Positions 20,178 to 30,339 are shown, numbered from the stretch's first letter. The stretch is DNA of 64,000 bases from Betaproteobacteria bacterium (GCA_009693335.1 SHXK01000002.1:339-64338), one strand, 5' to 3'. The notes: generated by a model not told the origin, from the sequence alone. Numbers and translations: made by a program.

Positions 20178-21689
20178 TCAGATCCCCCGGCGCAGCTTCG
20201 ACCAGAGCATTGACATCAGCGGCCAGAAGAGCAGAAACAGCGCCAGCCCGGTCAGCGAGCCCACCAGCGCATTGGAGAAGAACACCGACATGTCGCCCTG
20301 CGCCACCAACATCGCCTGCCTGAACGAGGATTCGGCCCGATCCCCCAGCACGATCGCCAGCACTAGTGGTGCCAGCGGGTACTGCAGCTTCTTGAAGACG
20401 TAACCCATGACGCCAAACACCAGCATCATCCAGACATCGAAGATCGAGTTGTGCACGGTGTAGGCGCCGATGGCGCAGATCACCATGATGATAGGCGCGA
20501 TCACCGAGAACGGCACTCGCAGGATGGCGGCGAACAGCGGCACGCAGGTAAGCACCACGATCAGTCCCACGATATTGCCGAGGTACATGCTGGCGATCAG
20601 GCCCCACACGAAATCCTTCTGCTCAACGAACAGCAGCGGGCCGGGCTGCAAGCCCCAGATGAGCAAGCCGCCCAGCAGCACCGCCGCAGTCGGCGACCCA
20701 GGCACACCTAGCGTGAGCATCGGCAGCAGCGCAGCGGTGCCCGCCGCGTGCGCCGCTGTTTCGGGCGCCACCACACCCTCGACTATGCCAGTGCCGAACT
20801 TGTCGCCGTCCTTCGAGAAGCGGCGCGCCACGCCGTAACTCATGAAGGAAGCCGGGGTGGCGCCGCCCGGCACGATGCCCATAAAGCAGCCGACCGCCGA
20901 GGAACGAATGGACGTCAACCAGTACTTCGGCAATTCCTTCCAGGTCTCGAGTACGACTTTTATGTTCATCTTCGCCTGCGCGCCCTTGAAAGCGAGGCCC
21001 TCCTCCAGCGTGAGCAATATTTCGCCGATGCCGAACAGGCCAATGACCGCGATCAGGAAATCGAATCCGGTCAGCAGGTGCGTCGAGCCGAAGGTCAGGC
21101 GCAACGTACCGGTCACCGGGTCGGTGCCGACTGCGGCGAGTGCGAAACCGAGCATCATCGTGGCCAGCGTCTTGAACGGCGGCTCCTTCGACATGCCGAC
21201 GAAGGCGCAGAAAGTGAGCAGGTAGACCGCGAAAAACTCCGGCGGCCCGAATTCGAGGGCGAATCCCGCCACGATCGGCGACAGGAAGGTGATCACGATC
21301 ACCGCCACCAGCGCGCCGACAAACGACGAAGTGAAGGCTGCTGTCAGCGCCGCCCCAGCGCGCCCTTTCTGCGCCAGCGGATAGCCGTCGAAGGTGGTCG
21401 CCACCGACCAGGGTTCGCCGGGAATATTAAAGAGGATGCTGGTGATCGCCCCACCGAAGAGCGCGCCCCAATAGATGCAGGAGAGCAGGATGATCGCCGA
21501 GGTGGTGCCGCCAGGCGCCTGCGACATGCTGAAGGTGAGCGGCAGCAGAATCGCCACGCCGTTGGCCCCGCCCAGTCCGGGCAGCACGCCGATGATCACG
21601 CCGAGCACGATGCCGGTGAACATCAGCGCGATGTTCTTCAGCGTCAGCACGACAACGAAGCCCTGCAGCAGCGACTGGATTTCGTCCAT
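20178..21689 (-). CDS. tctA: Tripartite tricarboxylate transporter large permease TctA
   Basis: 503-aa polytopic membrane protein with the TctA pattern (GVLPGLGGANGVAILLPLTF, GIVPGGATPASFMSY). Confidence 0.9.
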   Translation of the reverse strand: MDEIQSLLQGFVVVLTLKNIALMFTGIVLGVIIGVLPGLGGANGVAILLPLTFSMSQAPGGTTSAIILLSCIYWGALFGGAITSILFNIPGEPWSVATTFDGYPLAQKGRAGAALTAAFTSSFVGALVAVIVITFLSPIVAGFALEFGPPEFFAVYLLTFCAFVGMSKEPPFKTLATMMLGFALAAVGTDPVTGTLRLTFGSTHLLTGFDFLIAVIGLFGIGEILLTLEEGLAFKGAQAKMNIKVVLETWKELPKYWLTSIRSSAVGCFMGIVPGGATPASFMSYGVARRFSKDGDKFGTGIVEGVVAPETAAHAAGTAALLPMLTLGVPGSPTAAVLLGGLLIWGLQPGPLLFVEQKDFVWGLIASMYLGNIVGLIVVLTCVPLFAAILRVPFSVIAPIIMVICAIGAYTVHNSIFDVWMMLVFGVMGYVFKKLQYPLAPLVLAIVLGDRAESSFRQAMLVAQGDMSVFFSNALVGSLTGLALFLLFWPLMSMLWSKLRRGI

Positions 21690-21706
21690 GCGTCAGTTCA
21701 GCCCCG

Positions 21707-22213
21707 TCAGTTGAGCCCCAACAGGGCCTCGAGCGGACCCTTGGGCAAGGGAATCCTGAACCAGAACTCGAAAATCAGGAAAAACACCAGGCTGTTGCCG
21801 ATCGACACCGCAGCCACCTTCCACCACGTGTACTTGCCGAGCCAGCGCATGAATAAGGCGACGAACAGTGCCGAGGCCACGTAAATGCCGATCCAGCCGA
21901 TCAGCCCGACATACACGGCGGTCGGCACCAGCACCGACAACACCAACTTCAACTGCTCGACCTCGACGAAACTGCGATTCTTTTCCTTAGTCTCGGCGAG
22001 CCCCGCCATCAGGTTGATCAACGCGGAAACGCAGATGATGACGCCGATGTAGAAGGGGAAATACCCTGTCTGGGGGCCATCCTCACGCCAGCCAAAACCG
22101 AGCCGCGCGCTGTCGAAGATAACGATAGCGCCGAGCGCAAAAAAAACGGCTGCCACCACCGTTTCGGCGACCCGGTAACGAAATGCCGGCTTTCCCCCGC
22201 TGCCTTCAGTCAT
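21707..22213 (-). CDS. tctB: Tripartite tricarboxylate transporter small subunit TctB
   Basis: The listed ORF was trimmed to the ATG at 22213. Four hydrophobic helices, located between tctC and tctA. Confidence 0.75.
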   Translation of the reverse strand: MTEGSGGKPAFRYRVAETVVAAVFFALGAIVIFDSARLGFGWREDGPQTGYFPFYIGVIICVSALINLMAGLAETKEKNRSFVEVEQLKLVLSVLVPTAVYVGLIGWIGIYVASALFVALFMRWLGKYTWWKVAAVSIGNSLVFFLIFEFWFRIPLPKGPLEALLGLN

Positions 22214-22232
22214 GCCCGCCCCTAATAGCAAA

Positions 22233-22254
22233 AGCGGGGGCCACGACCCCCGCT
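22233..22254 (-). terminator. Intercistronic hairpin (attenuator) between tctC and tctB
   Basis: 8-bp GC stem AGCGGGGG/CCCCCGCT with a 6-nt loop, followed on the minus strand by TTTGCTATT. This is typical of a partial terminator after a binding-protein gene. Confidence 0.4.
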
Positions 22255-22272
22255 CGTCTCGGTGCACTCAGA

Positions 22273-23286
22273 CTACTGTCCGGCGATAAACCTCGCGGCC
22301 TTCATCAACTGAATATGTCGCGCCTCTTCGCGCGCAACCCAGTCCGCGTATTCCTTGCCCTCGAGCGAAGTCTGATTGAACGCCCCGCGCTCCATCAGGT
22401 CCTTCCACTCCGGCGTGGCTTGGACTTTCCTGAACAATTCAACGTAGTACTGCACTTGGGCCGGCGTCACGCCACCCGGCATGAAAATGCCGCGCAGCAT
22501 CAGGTAGTCCACATCCAGCCCGCTTTCCTTGCAGGTCGGAATGTCGGACCAGGACATGGTGTCAGTGACCTTGGTCTTGTAAGGCATGCGCTTGGGGTCG
22601 AACACGCACAAGGGCTTCAGCTTGCCGCCGCGCCAGTGCGCCACCGCCTCAATCGGGTTGTTCACCGTGGAATCCGCGTGGTTGCCCACCAGCTGGACCG
22701 CCACGTCCCCGCCGCCCTTGAACGGAACGTAGATGAACTTGGTGCCGGTCAACTGCTCGATCGCGGCGGTGATGATCTGGTCTTCCTGTTTCGCGCCGGT
22801 GCCCGCCATCTTGAACTTGTTCGGGCCCGCCGCCTTGGCTGCTGCGATGTATTCCTTGGCCGACTTGTAAGGCTTGGACACGTTGGTCCAGAGGACGAAC
22901 TGGTCGAGCGCCAGCATCTTGACGGGGGTCAGGTCACGCCAGTTAAACGGCACCCCGGTAGCAAGTGGCGTGGTGAACAGATTCGACAGTGTAATGATGA
23001 TCTTGTGCGGGTCGCCCTGCGCGCCCTTGACGTCAAGAAAGCCCTCGGCGCCCGCGCCGCCCGCCTTGTTGACCACCACCATCGCCTGCTTCATCAGCTT
23101 GTGCTTGGCGATGATGCCCTGCGCAGCGCGCGCCATCTGGTCCGCGCCGCCGCCGGTGCCGGCGGGAATGATGAATTCGACCGTCTTGGTGGGCTCCCAA
23201 GCCTGGGCAAGAACCGCTTGCGGCAGCGCCGCCATAGCCGTCATGGCCACCATCGATCCTGCAACACGTTCGAACAGATTTCGCAT
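22273..23286 (-). CDS. tctC: Tripartite tricarboxylate transporter substrate-binding protein TctC (Bug family)
   Basis: The listed ORF was trimmed to the ATG at 23286 with a GGAGG SD. Signal peptide, then the Bug motif VEFIIPAGTGGGADQMAR. Confidence 0.9.
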   Translation of the reverse strand: MRNLFERVAGSMVAMTAMAALPQAVLAQAWEPTKTVEFIIPAGTGGGADQMARAAQGIIAKHKLMKQAMVVVNKAGGAGAEGFLDVKGAQGDPHKIIITLSNLFTTPLATGVPFNWRDLTPVKMLALDQFVLWTNVSKPYKSAKEYIAAAKAAGPNKFKMAGTGAKQEDQIITAAIEQLTGTKFIYVPFKGGGDVAVQLVGNHADSTVNNPIEAVAHWRGGKLKPLCVFDPKRMPYKTKVTDTMSWSDIPTCKESGLDVDYLMLRGIFMPGGVTPAQVQYYVELFRKVQATPEWKDLMERGAFNQTSLEGKEYADWVAREEARHIQLMKAARFIAGQ

Positions 23287-23341
23287 AATCGCTCCTCCTA
23301 TCGGGAACTGGGATTCTGATCGCCGCGTGGCGTGTTCGCCC

Positions 23342-23355
23342 TTGATGACGGTCAA
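23342..23355. promoter_or_regulatory. FNR/CRP-type box TTGATGACGGTCAA upstream of tctC
   Basis: Near-palindrome overlapping the terC stop codon. The centre is 62.5 nt from the tctC ATG, and 23 nt downstream on the minus strand is the -10-like CAGAAT (23313..23318). Confidence 0.5.
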
Positions 23356-24107
23356 GAATTCCCTGCTTGTTCGACCGGCCCCCCTTTTACGGCGGCTGCC
23401 TGCCGTTTCGCAAGCCACAGCCCCCAAGCGACCACGATCACCGCGCCAGCCACCCCAGCCACCAGCTCCAGGTTCAAGCCGCCCAGCTTGGGCTTGCCAC
23501 CATCGATCTGGATCCCCGAGAGGCCATTCATCCATGCCAGCGCCACCGGGTCCGTGACCAGCATCTCGCCGGCGACCAAGCCGATCAGCGCCGCTCCAAT
23601 GGTGATGATCGCCGGGTAGCGATCCATCAGGGTCACCAGCAGCGTGGCGCCGAACACCACCAGCGGGATCGAGATCGCCAAGCCCAGAATCAGCAGCGTC
23701 ATGCTGCCGCCCGCCGCCGCGGCCACGGCAATCACGTTGTCCAGGCTCATCACCAGGTCGGCGATCAAGATAGTCTTGATTGCCGCCGTCAGGTTGTCGC
23801 TGGCGTTGACATCGTCACCCTGGTGCGCGGGCACCAGCAGCTTGATGCCGATCCAGAACAGCAGCAGGCTGCCGACGATTTTCAGCCAGGGCAGGGTCAG
23901 CAGAGCGACGGCGAATACCGTAAGGATGATGCGCAGCACCACCGCCGCGCCGGCGCCCCACAAGATCGCCTGCTTCTGCTGCTTGGGCGGCAAGGAACGG
24001 GCCGCCAGTGCGATCACCACCGCGTTATCGCCTGACAGAACGATGTTGACCCCGATGATTTTCAGCAGGCCGATCCAGAATACCTGCGTGGCGAGTTCTT
24101 CAAGCAT
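23352..24107 (-). CDS. TerC family integral membrane protein
   Basis: TerC signature LSGDNAVVIALAA and a second SLDNVIAVAAAA repeat. Starts 8 nt after the fhs stop. Confidence 0.85.
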   Translation of the reverse strand: MLEELATQVFWIGLLKIIGVNIVLSGDNAVVIALAARSLPPKQQKQAILWGAGAAVVLRIILTVFAVALLTLPWLKIVGSLLLFWIGIKLLVPAHQGDDVNASDNLTAAIKTILIADLVMSLDNVIAVAAAAGGSMTLLILGLAISIPLVVFGATLLVTLMDRYPAIITIGAALIGLVAGEMLVTDPVALAWMNGLSGIQIDGGKPKLGGLNLELVAGVAGAVIVVAWGLWLAKRQAAAVKGGPVEQAGNS

Positions 24108-24115
24108 GGGCTATT

Positions 24116-25786
24116 TTAAAACAGTCCGACCACTTTGCCATCCACCAGGTCGATTTTTTCCGCCGAGGGCACCTTCGGCAAGCCGGGCATGGTCATGATG
24201 TCGCCGCAGATCATGACCACGAACTCGGCGCCCGCCGCCAGGCGCACCTCGCGCACGTTGAGCACGTGATCGGTGGGCGCGCCGCGCGTCGCCGCGTTGG
24301 TGGCGAAGGAAGACTGGGTCTTCGCCACGCACACCGGGTAGTGGCCATAGCCTTCGTCTTGCAAGCGTTTGATCTGGGCGCGCACCTTCGCATCCGCGGT
24401 CACATCTGCCGCCCGGTACACCTTCTTGGCGATCTTGTTGATCTTGTCCCAGAGGGTGTCGGCATCCTCATATACGAAGCGCGGGGTCGAGGGCTGGTCG
24501 CACAGGCCGACCACGATCCTCGCCAGTTCGGCGGCGCCCTTGCCGCCGTCGCCCCAGTGCGTCGCCAGCACCACCGGGACGCCCAGCTTTTTCATTCTCG
24601 CGTTCAACATCTCAAGTTCCGCCGGCGTGTCGAGGTTGAAGCGGTTGATCGACACCACACAGGGGATGGCGTACACCTGGGAAACATTCTCGACGTGGCG
24701 CTCCAGATTCACCAGGCCCTTTTCCAGCGCGGCCAGGTTTTCCTTGTTGACTTCCTTCACGTCCACACCGCCGTGGTATTTCAGCGCCCGCACAGTGGCC
24801 ACGATCACCGCGGCATTCGGCCGCAAGCCAGTCTTGCGGCATTTAATATCGAGGAACTTCTCACCGCCCAAGTCGGCGCCAAAACCGGCTTCGGTGACCA
24901 CGTAGTCGGCGAGCTTCAACGCACTCTGGGTGGCGATCACCGAATTGCAGCCATGCGCGATGTTGGCGAACGGACCGCCATGGATGAAAGCCGGATTGCC
25001 TTCCAGCGTTTGCACCAAGTTGGGGGCCAGCGCGTCCTTGAGCAACACGGTCATCGCGCCGTGCGCCTTGAGGTCACGCGCATGCACCGGCTTGTTGTCG
25101 CGCGTATAGGCAACCACGATGCTACCGAGGCGTTTTTTCAGATCATCGAGCGAAGTCGAGAGACAGAAAATCGCCATCACCTCCGAGGCCACCACGATGT
25201 CGAAGCCGTCCTGCCGCGGGTAACCGTTGGCGGTACCCCCCAGCGCGACCACGATCTCGCGCAAAGCCCGGTCATTCATGTCGACCACGCGCTTCCACTG
25301 GATGCGGCGCACGTCGATGCCCAGTTCGTTGCCCTGGGTGATGTGGTTGTCGAGCAGCGCCGCGAGCAGATTGTTGGCCAGCGCGATAGCGGAGAAATCC
25401 CCCGTGAAGTGCAGGTTGATGTCCTCCATCGGCACCACCTGCGCATAACCGCCCCCCGCCGCGCCGCCCTTCATGCCGAATACCGGCCCCAGGGAAGGTT
25501 CGCGCAAACAGATCATCGCTTTCTTGCCGATGTGGTTGAGCGCGTCGCCCAGACCGACCGTGGTGGTGGTCTTGCCCTCGCCGGCCGGCGTCGGCGACAT
25601 CGCCGTGACCAGGATCAGCTTGCCGTCCTTTTTTGACTTGAGGGTATCGAGATACGGCAGCGACACCTTCGCCTTGTAGTGCCCGTAGGGCTCGAGGTGA
25701 TCTTCGGCGATGCCGAGCTTGTCCTGCGCCACTTTGGCTATGCGCTGCATTTTCGCTGCTTGCGCGATCTCGATATCGGACGACAT
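24116..25786 (-). CDS. fhs: Formate--tetrahydrofolate ligase
   Basis: 556 aa with the P-loop [15 protein letters not shown]; FTHFS pattern throughout. Confidence 0.96.
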   Translation of the reverse strand: MSSDIEIAQAAKMQRIAKVAQDKLGIAEDHLEPYGHYKAKVSLPYLDTLKSKKDGKLILVTAMSPTPAGEGKTTTTVGLGDALNHIGKKAMICLREPSLGPVFGMKGGAAGGGYAQVVPMEDINLHFTGDFSAIALANNLLAALLDNHITQGNELGIDVRRIQWKRVVDMNDRALREIVVALGGTANGYPRQDGFDIVVASEVMAIFCLSTSLDDLKKRLGSIVVAYTRDNKPVHARDLKAHGAMTVLLKDALAPNLVQTLEGNPAFIHGGPFANIAHGCNSVIATQSALKLADYVVTEAGFGADLGGEKFLDIKCRKTGLRPNAAVIVATVRALKYHGGVDVKEVNKENLAALEKGLVNLERHVENVSQVYAIPCVVSINRFNLDTPAELEMLNARMKKLGVPVVLATHWGDGGKGAAELARIVVGLCDQPSTPRFVYEDADTLWDKINKIAKKVYRAADVTADAKVRAQIKRLQDEGYGHYPVCVAKTQSSFATNAATRGAPTDHVLNVREVRLAAGAEFVVMICGDIMTMPGLPKVPSAEKIDLVDGKVVGLF

Positions 25787-25813
25787 GGATCTTCTGCTCC
25801 TGTTGGTTTCTTC

Positions 25814-28624
25814 TTAGGGGTAGATCTCGGCCAGCGAACGGCCCTTGCCGTAACCCGGATTGCCTGGCCGTGCACCGCCCTTGCTGACCTTCACGGCGCA
25901 ATATTTGAACTCGGGGATCTTGCCGAAGGGATCGAGCTTCGGGTTGGTGAGCATGTTGGCCGCCGCTTCGTAGAACGCGAACGGGATGAACACCGCACCG
26001 CGCGGCGTTCCTTCGTCGGCTCTTGCATACAAAGAAATCTGGCCCCTGCGCGAAGTCACTGTGAGGATATCGCCCGGTCTGGCGTCCAGCGCGGCGATAT
26101 CCAGCGGATGCATCGAGCACACCGGTTCAGGTTCGAGGGCGTCCAGCACTCCCGCCCGTCGCGTCATGGCGCCGGTATGCCAGTGTTCCAGCTGCCGCCC
26201 CGTGATCAGGACCACGGGGTAGGCCTCATCCGGCCGCTCGTCGGCCCGAATCAGGTCCGCTGGCACGAACTTGGCGCGACCAGTGGCGGTCGGAAACACC
26301 TCGGTGAACACCACCGTGGTCCCCGGATCGCCCTCGTTCTCGCAGGGGTAGACCACGCAGGAATCGCGCTCCAGGCGCTCCCAGGTGATGCCGGCGATCG
26401 AATTCATGCCTTTGCGCATTTCATTCCAGACTTGTTCCGGTTTGTCATAGGACCAGTTCAAACCCAGTCGTTGCGCGAGTTGATTGATGATCCAGAGATC
26501 CGCCTTGGCCTCACCGGGGGGCTCAATCGCCTTGCGGCCTAGCTGCACCATGCGGTCGGTATTGGTGACGGTGCCGTCTTTTTCCGGCCAGGCCGTGGCC
26601 GGCAGCACCACGTCGGCGAGATAGCAGGTCTCGGTGAGGAAAATGTCCTGCACCACCAAATGCTGGAGCTTGGCCATCGCGGCGCGTGCATGGTCCGCGT
26701 CCGGATCGGACATGGCCGGGTTCTCGCCCATCACGTACATGCCGCGGATGCGACCGGCGTCGGCTTCCTGCATGATCTCGACCACCGTGAGGCCGGGCTT
26801 GTTTTCCAGCGTGGTTCCCCACAGTGCCTCGAAGCGCTGCTGGGCCTCGGGACTGTCCACCCGCTGGTAATCCGGAAACATCATCGGGATCAGGCCCGAG
26901 TCCGAGGCCCCTTGCACGTTGTTCTGGCCACGCAGCGGATGCAGACCGGTGCCCACGCGCCCCACCTGCCCGGTCATCAAGGAGAGCGCAATCAGGCAGC
27001 GCGCATTGTCGGTGCCGTGCACGTGCTGGGAGATCCCCATGCCCCAGAGAATCATCGAGCCCTTCGAGGTAGCGAACAGGCGCGCCACCTCGCGAATGGT
27101 CTGCGCCGGAATGCCGCAGATCGGCGCCATTTTCTCGGGCGAGAAACTCTTGGCGTTTTCTTTCAGGGCCTCAAAGCCGCTGGTTCTATCGGCAACAAAC
27201 TTCTTATCCACCAGATCTTCGTCGATAATGGCGTGGATCATCGCGTTCAGCAGCGCCACATCGGTGTCGGCGTTGAACTGCAGGAAGTAGGCCGCGTGGC
27301 GCGCGAGCTCGGTGCGGCGCGGGTCGGCGATGATCAGCTTCACGCCGTTCTTCGCCGCGTTCTTCATCCAGGTGGCGGCCACCGGATGGTTGACGGTGGG
27401 GTTGGCGCCGATGATGAACACCACCTCAGCGTTCATCACGTCGCTCACCTGGTTGGAAACCGCGCCCGAGCCCACGCCTTCGAGCAGCGCGGCGACTGAG
27501 GATGCGTGGCACAGGCGCGTGCAGTGATCGACGTTGTTCTGGCCGAATCCCGTGCGCACCAGCTTCTGGAACAAGTACGCTTCTTCGTTCGAGCCTTTGG
27601 CGGAACCGAAACCGGCCAGCGCAAAGCGGTCCTGATCCTTGATTTTTCTCAAGCCTGCAGCGGCGAAATCCAGGGCTTCTTCCCAACTGGCTTCGCGGAA
27701 CGCCTCTTTCCAGTTCGCCGGATCGACGGTGAAATCCGCCGATTTCTTCATGCCTGCTTTTCTGATCAACGGCTTGGTCAGGCGTTGCGGGTGCTGCACG
27801 TAGTCGAAACCGTAGCGCCCCTTGACGCACAGGCGTCCGTGGTTGGACGGGCCGTCGCGGCCGCTGACGAACTTGATGACGTTGCTGCTCTTTTGCACGT
27901 GGTAAGTAAGCTGACAGCCAACGCCGCAAAACGGGCACACCGAGTCCACTTTCTTGTCCACTACTTCCAGGCCCGCCTCGCGCGCGGGCATCAGCGCGCC
28001 GGTGGGACAGGCCTGCACGCACTCGCCACAGGCAACGCAAGTGGAGGCGCCCATCGGGTCGTCCTGGTCAAAGACGATCTTGGCGTGCTCGCCACGGAAC
28101 GCAAAACCAATGACATCGTTCACCTGCTCCTCACGGCAGGCGCGCAGGCAGCGTGTGCACTGGATGCAGGCGTCCAGATTCACCGCGATCGCCGGATGGG
28201 AAATGTCGGCTTTCGGCTGTTGCCTCGCTGCGAATCTCGGTTTGCCAACCCCAAGCTTGCGTGCCCATACGTCAACCTTGTTGTTGAGCGTGTGCTGCGT
28301 CTGCGGCATGTCGGAGAGCAGCAGCTCGAGCACCATTTTCTGCGAGGCCAGCGCGCGCGGACTGTCGGTGCTGACCTCCATGCCTTGCGTCGGATAACGG
28401 CAGCAGGAAGGTGCCAGCACGCGCTCGCCCTTGACCTCGACCACGCAGGCGCGGCAGTTGCCATCGGGGCGCAGCGTGCGCGAGTAGCACAGATGCGGGA
28501 TGGAAATCCCGTTGCGGCGCGCCGTCTCGATGAGGAGCTCATCGGGCCGACCGATTACCGTTCGGCCGTTCAACTTGAACTCGATCGGCAGCGTCGCCAA
28601 CTGCTGGTTGCTGATGCGGTCCAT
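25814..28624 (-). CDS. fdhA: NAD-dependent formate dehydrogenase alpha subunit (Mo/W-bisPGD, Fdh1A/FdsA type)
   Basis: N-terminal NuoG-like 2Fe-2S (CYSRTLRPDGNCRACVVEV), 4Fe-4S motifs (CIQCTRCLRACRE, CVACGECVQACPTGAL, CPFCGVGCQL) and a molybdopterin oxidoreductase core with an active-site Cys (HCTRLCHASS). No in-frame TGA. Confidence 0.95.
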   Translation of the reverse strand: MDRISNQQLATLPIEFKLNGRTVIGRPDELLIETARRNGISIPHLCYSRTLRPDGNCRACVVEVKGERVLAPSCCRYPTQGMEVSTDSPRALASQKMVLELLLSDMPQTQHTLNNKVDVWARKLGVGKPRFAARQQPKADISHPAIAVNLDACIQCTRCLRACREEQVNDVIGFAFRGEHAKIVFDQDDPMGASTCVACGECVQACPTGALMPAREAGLEVVDKKVDSVCPFCGVGCQLTYHVQKSSNVIKFVSGRDGPSNHGRLCVKGRYGFDYVQHPQRLTKPLIRKAGMKKSADFTVDPANWKEAFREASWEEALDFAAAGLRKIKDQDRFALAGFGSAKGSNEEAYLFQKLVRTGFGQNNVDHCTRLCHASSVAALLEGVGSGAVSNQVSDVMNAEVVFIIGANPTVNHPVAATWMKNAAKNGVKLIIADPRRTELARHAAYFLQFNADTDVALLNAMIHAIIDEDLVDKKFVADRTSGFEALKENAKSFSPEKMAPICGIPAQTIREVARLFATSKGSMILWGMGISQHVHGTDNARCLIALSLMTGQVGRVGTGLHPLRGQNNVQGASDSGLIPMMFPDYQRVDSPEAQQRFEALWGTTLENKPGLTVVEIMQEADAGRIRGMYVMGENPAMSDPDADHARAAMAKLQHLVVQDIFLTETCYLADVVLPATAWPEKDGTVTNTDRMVQLGRKAIEPPGEAKADLWIINQLAQRLGLNWSYDKPEQVWNEMRKGMNSIAGITWERLERDSCVVYPCENEGDPGTTVVFTEVFPTATGRAKFVPADLIRADERPDEAYPVVLITGRQLEHWHTGAMTRRAGVLDALEPEPVCSMHPLDIAALDARPGDILTVTSRRGQISLYARADEGTPRGAVFIPFAFYEAAANMLTNPKLDPFGKIPEFKYCAVKVSKGGARPGNPGYGKGRSLAEIYP

Positions 28625-28633
28625 CGCTTCCCT

Positions 28634-30304
28634 TTATCCCACTTCCTGTGGGAAGTATTTCATGACGCTCAACGCCGGGTTGGGCGCCGCCTGCCCCAGA
28701 CCGCAAATTGAAGCGTCCATCATGGCCTGTGAGAGCTCATTGAGCAACGGCTGGTTCCATTGCTTGGCTTGCATGAGTCCCAGCGCCTTGGCGGTGCCCA
28801 CCCGGCAGGGGGTGCATTGACCGCAGGACTCCTCCTTGAAGAACTTCATCAGGTTCTTGGCGGCATTGGACGCTTGATCTCTGTCGGAAAGAATCACCAC
28901 TGCCGCAGAACCGATAAAGCAGCCATGCGCCTGCAAAGTGTCGAAGTCGAGCGGAATATCGCCAAGTTTTTCCGGCAAGATGCCTCCGGAGGCACCGCCC
29001 GGCAGGTAGGCATAAAACTGGTGCCCGTCAAGCATGCCCCCGCAGTATTCCTGTATCAATTCCTTGACGGTGATTCCCGCGGGCGCGATGTGGACGCCGG
29101 GTTTCTGTACGCGGCCCGAGACCGAGAAGGAGCGCAGGCCCTTGCGGCCGTTCCTGCCCTGCGAGGCGAACCAGGCGCCGCCCTGCTCCACGATCTCGCG
29201 CACCCAGTACACCGTTTCCAGGTTGTGCTCTAGCGTCGGATAACCGAACAGGCCCACCTGCGCGACATACGGCGGCCGCAGACGCGGCATGCCGCGCTTG
29301 CCTTCGATGGATTCGATCATCGCCGATTCTTCGCCGCAGATGTACGCCCCGGCGCCGCGGCGTAGATGAATCGGCGGCAACGGAATTTTTGCTTGCCTCT
29401 TCAGCGTCGCGAGCTCTTTTTCAAGAATCGCCCGGCAACCGGCATACTCGTCGCGCAGATAAATGTAAATTTCGCCGACGCCTGCACACCACGCCGCGAC
29501 CAGCATGCCTTCCAGAAAGCGGTGCGGATCGCGCTCCAGAAAGTAGCGATCCTTGAAAGTGCCGGGCTCGCCTTCGTCAATGTTGACCGCCATCAGGCGC
29601 GGCGCCGGCTCCGCGGCGACGATCCGCCACTTGCGGCCGGTCGGGAACCCCGCACCGCCCAGGCCGCGCAACGCCGAGTCCTCCATGATCTTGGTGATTT
29701 CCTCGCGCGAGTGCTTGCCCGAGAGGCAGTCGGCGATCAGCCGGTAGCCGCCTGCTTTCTTGTAGGCCTTGAAGTCGAGGTAAGTGGTTACTGGGCAACG
29801 GGTTTGTTTCGCGGCAATTGCTTTTTCGACTGAAGAAACGGAAGCCTGCAGAACCGGATGCTGCCCAACCACAGCCACCGGTGCGGATTCGCAGCGCCCC
29901 ACGCAAGGTGCGGGTATCACGCGCACGTCTTTGCCTAAAGAAAGATTCTTGAGTAGCTGTTGCGCGCCCGCCAATTCACAAGAAAGCGAATCGCAGACCC
30001 GCACCGTCAGCGCCGGGGGGGGCGTCTCACCTTCCTTGACCACGTCGAAGTGATGATAGAAAGTCGCGACTTCGTAGACTTCGGTCTGCGACAAACGCAT
30101 TTCCTCGGCCAGCGCCGCCAGGTGCGCCGACGACAGGTGGCCGTAGCGGTCCTGTATCTTGTGCAGCTGCTCGATCAGCAGGTCGCGTCGACGCGGGTCT
30201 ACGCCGCTCGCGCGGCGTCCGTCCTCCAGCAGCGCGCGCACCTCGTCGCGGGCCTGCGGCTCGACGCCGCGGCCCTTGAGCCCGAATTTTCCTTTCTTTT
30301 TCAC
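28634..30304 (-). CDS. fdhB: NAD-dependent formate dehydrogenase beta subunit (fused NuoE-like + NuoF-like, Fdh1B type)
   Basis: N-terminal NuoE-like thioredoxin-fold 2Fe-2S region. NuoF-like GLGGAGFPTGRKW (FMN/NAD) and ESCGQCTPCRVG (4Fe-4S). The only available start is the GTG at 30304. Confidence 0.88.
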   Translation of the reverse strand: MKKKGKFGLKGRGVEPQARDEVRALLEDGRRASGVDPRRRDLLIEQLHKIQDRYGHLSSAHLAALAEEMRLSQTEVYEVATFYHHFDVVKEGETPPPALTVRVCDSLSCELAGAQQLLKNLSLGKDVRVIPAPCVGRCESAPVAVVGQHPVLQASVSSVEKAIAAKQTRCPVTTYLDFKAYKKAGGYRLIADCLSGKHSREEITKIMEDSALRGLGGAGFPTGRKWRIVAAEPAPRLMAVNIDEGEPGTFKDRYFLERDPHRFLEGMLVAAWCAGVGEIYIYLRDEYAGCRAILEKELATLKRQAKIPLPPIHLRRGAGAYICGEESAMIESIEGKRGMPRLRPPYVAQVGLFGYPTLEHNLETVYWVREIVEQGGAWFASQGRNGRKGLRSFSVSGRVQKPGVHIAPAGITVKELIQEYCGGMLDGHQFYAYLPGGASGGILPEKLGDIPLDFDTLQAHGCFIGSAAVVILSDRDQASNAAKNLMKFFKEESCGQCTPCRVGTAKALGLMQAKQWNQPLLNELSQAMMDASICGLGQAAPNPALSVMKYFPQEVG

Positions 30305-30339
30305 ACTCCGATTATCGGCTAGCAGCAGCGCGAAAATTC

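Noticed and set aside
25814-28624. Selenocysteine recoding in the formate dehydrogenase alpha subunit.
   Set aside because: The ORF is uninterrupted, with Cys at the expected active-site position (RLCHAS). There is no in-frame TGA or SECIS-like requirement.
28634-30304. The NuoE-NuoF fusion in the Fdh beta subunit as a novelty.
   Set aside because: A fused NuoE-like/NuoF-like beta subunit of about 61 kDa is the known architecture of the Fdh1-type (tungsten) NAD-dependent formate dehydrogenase of methylotrophs. It is therefore not new.
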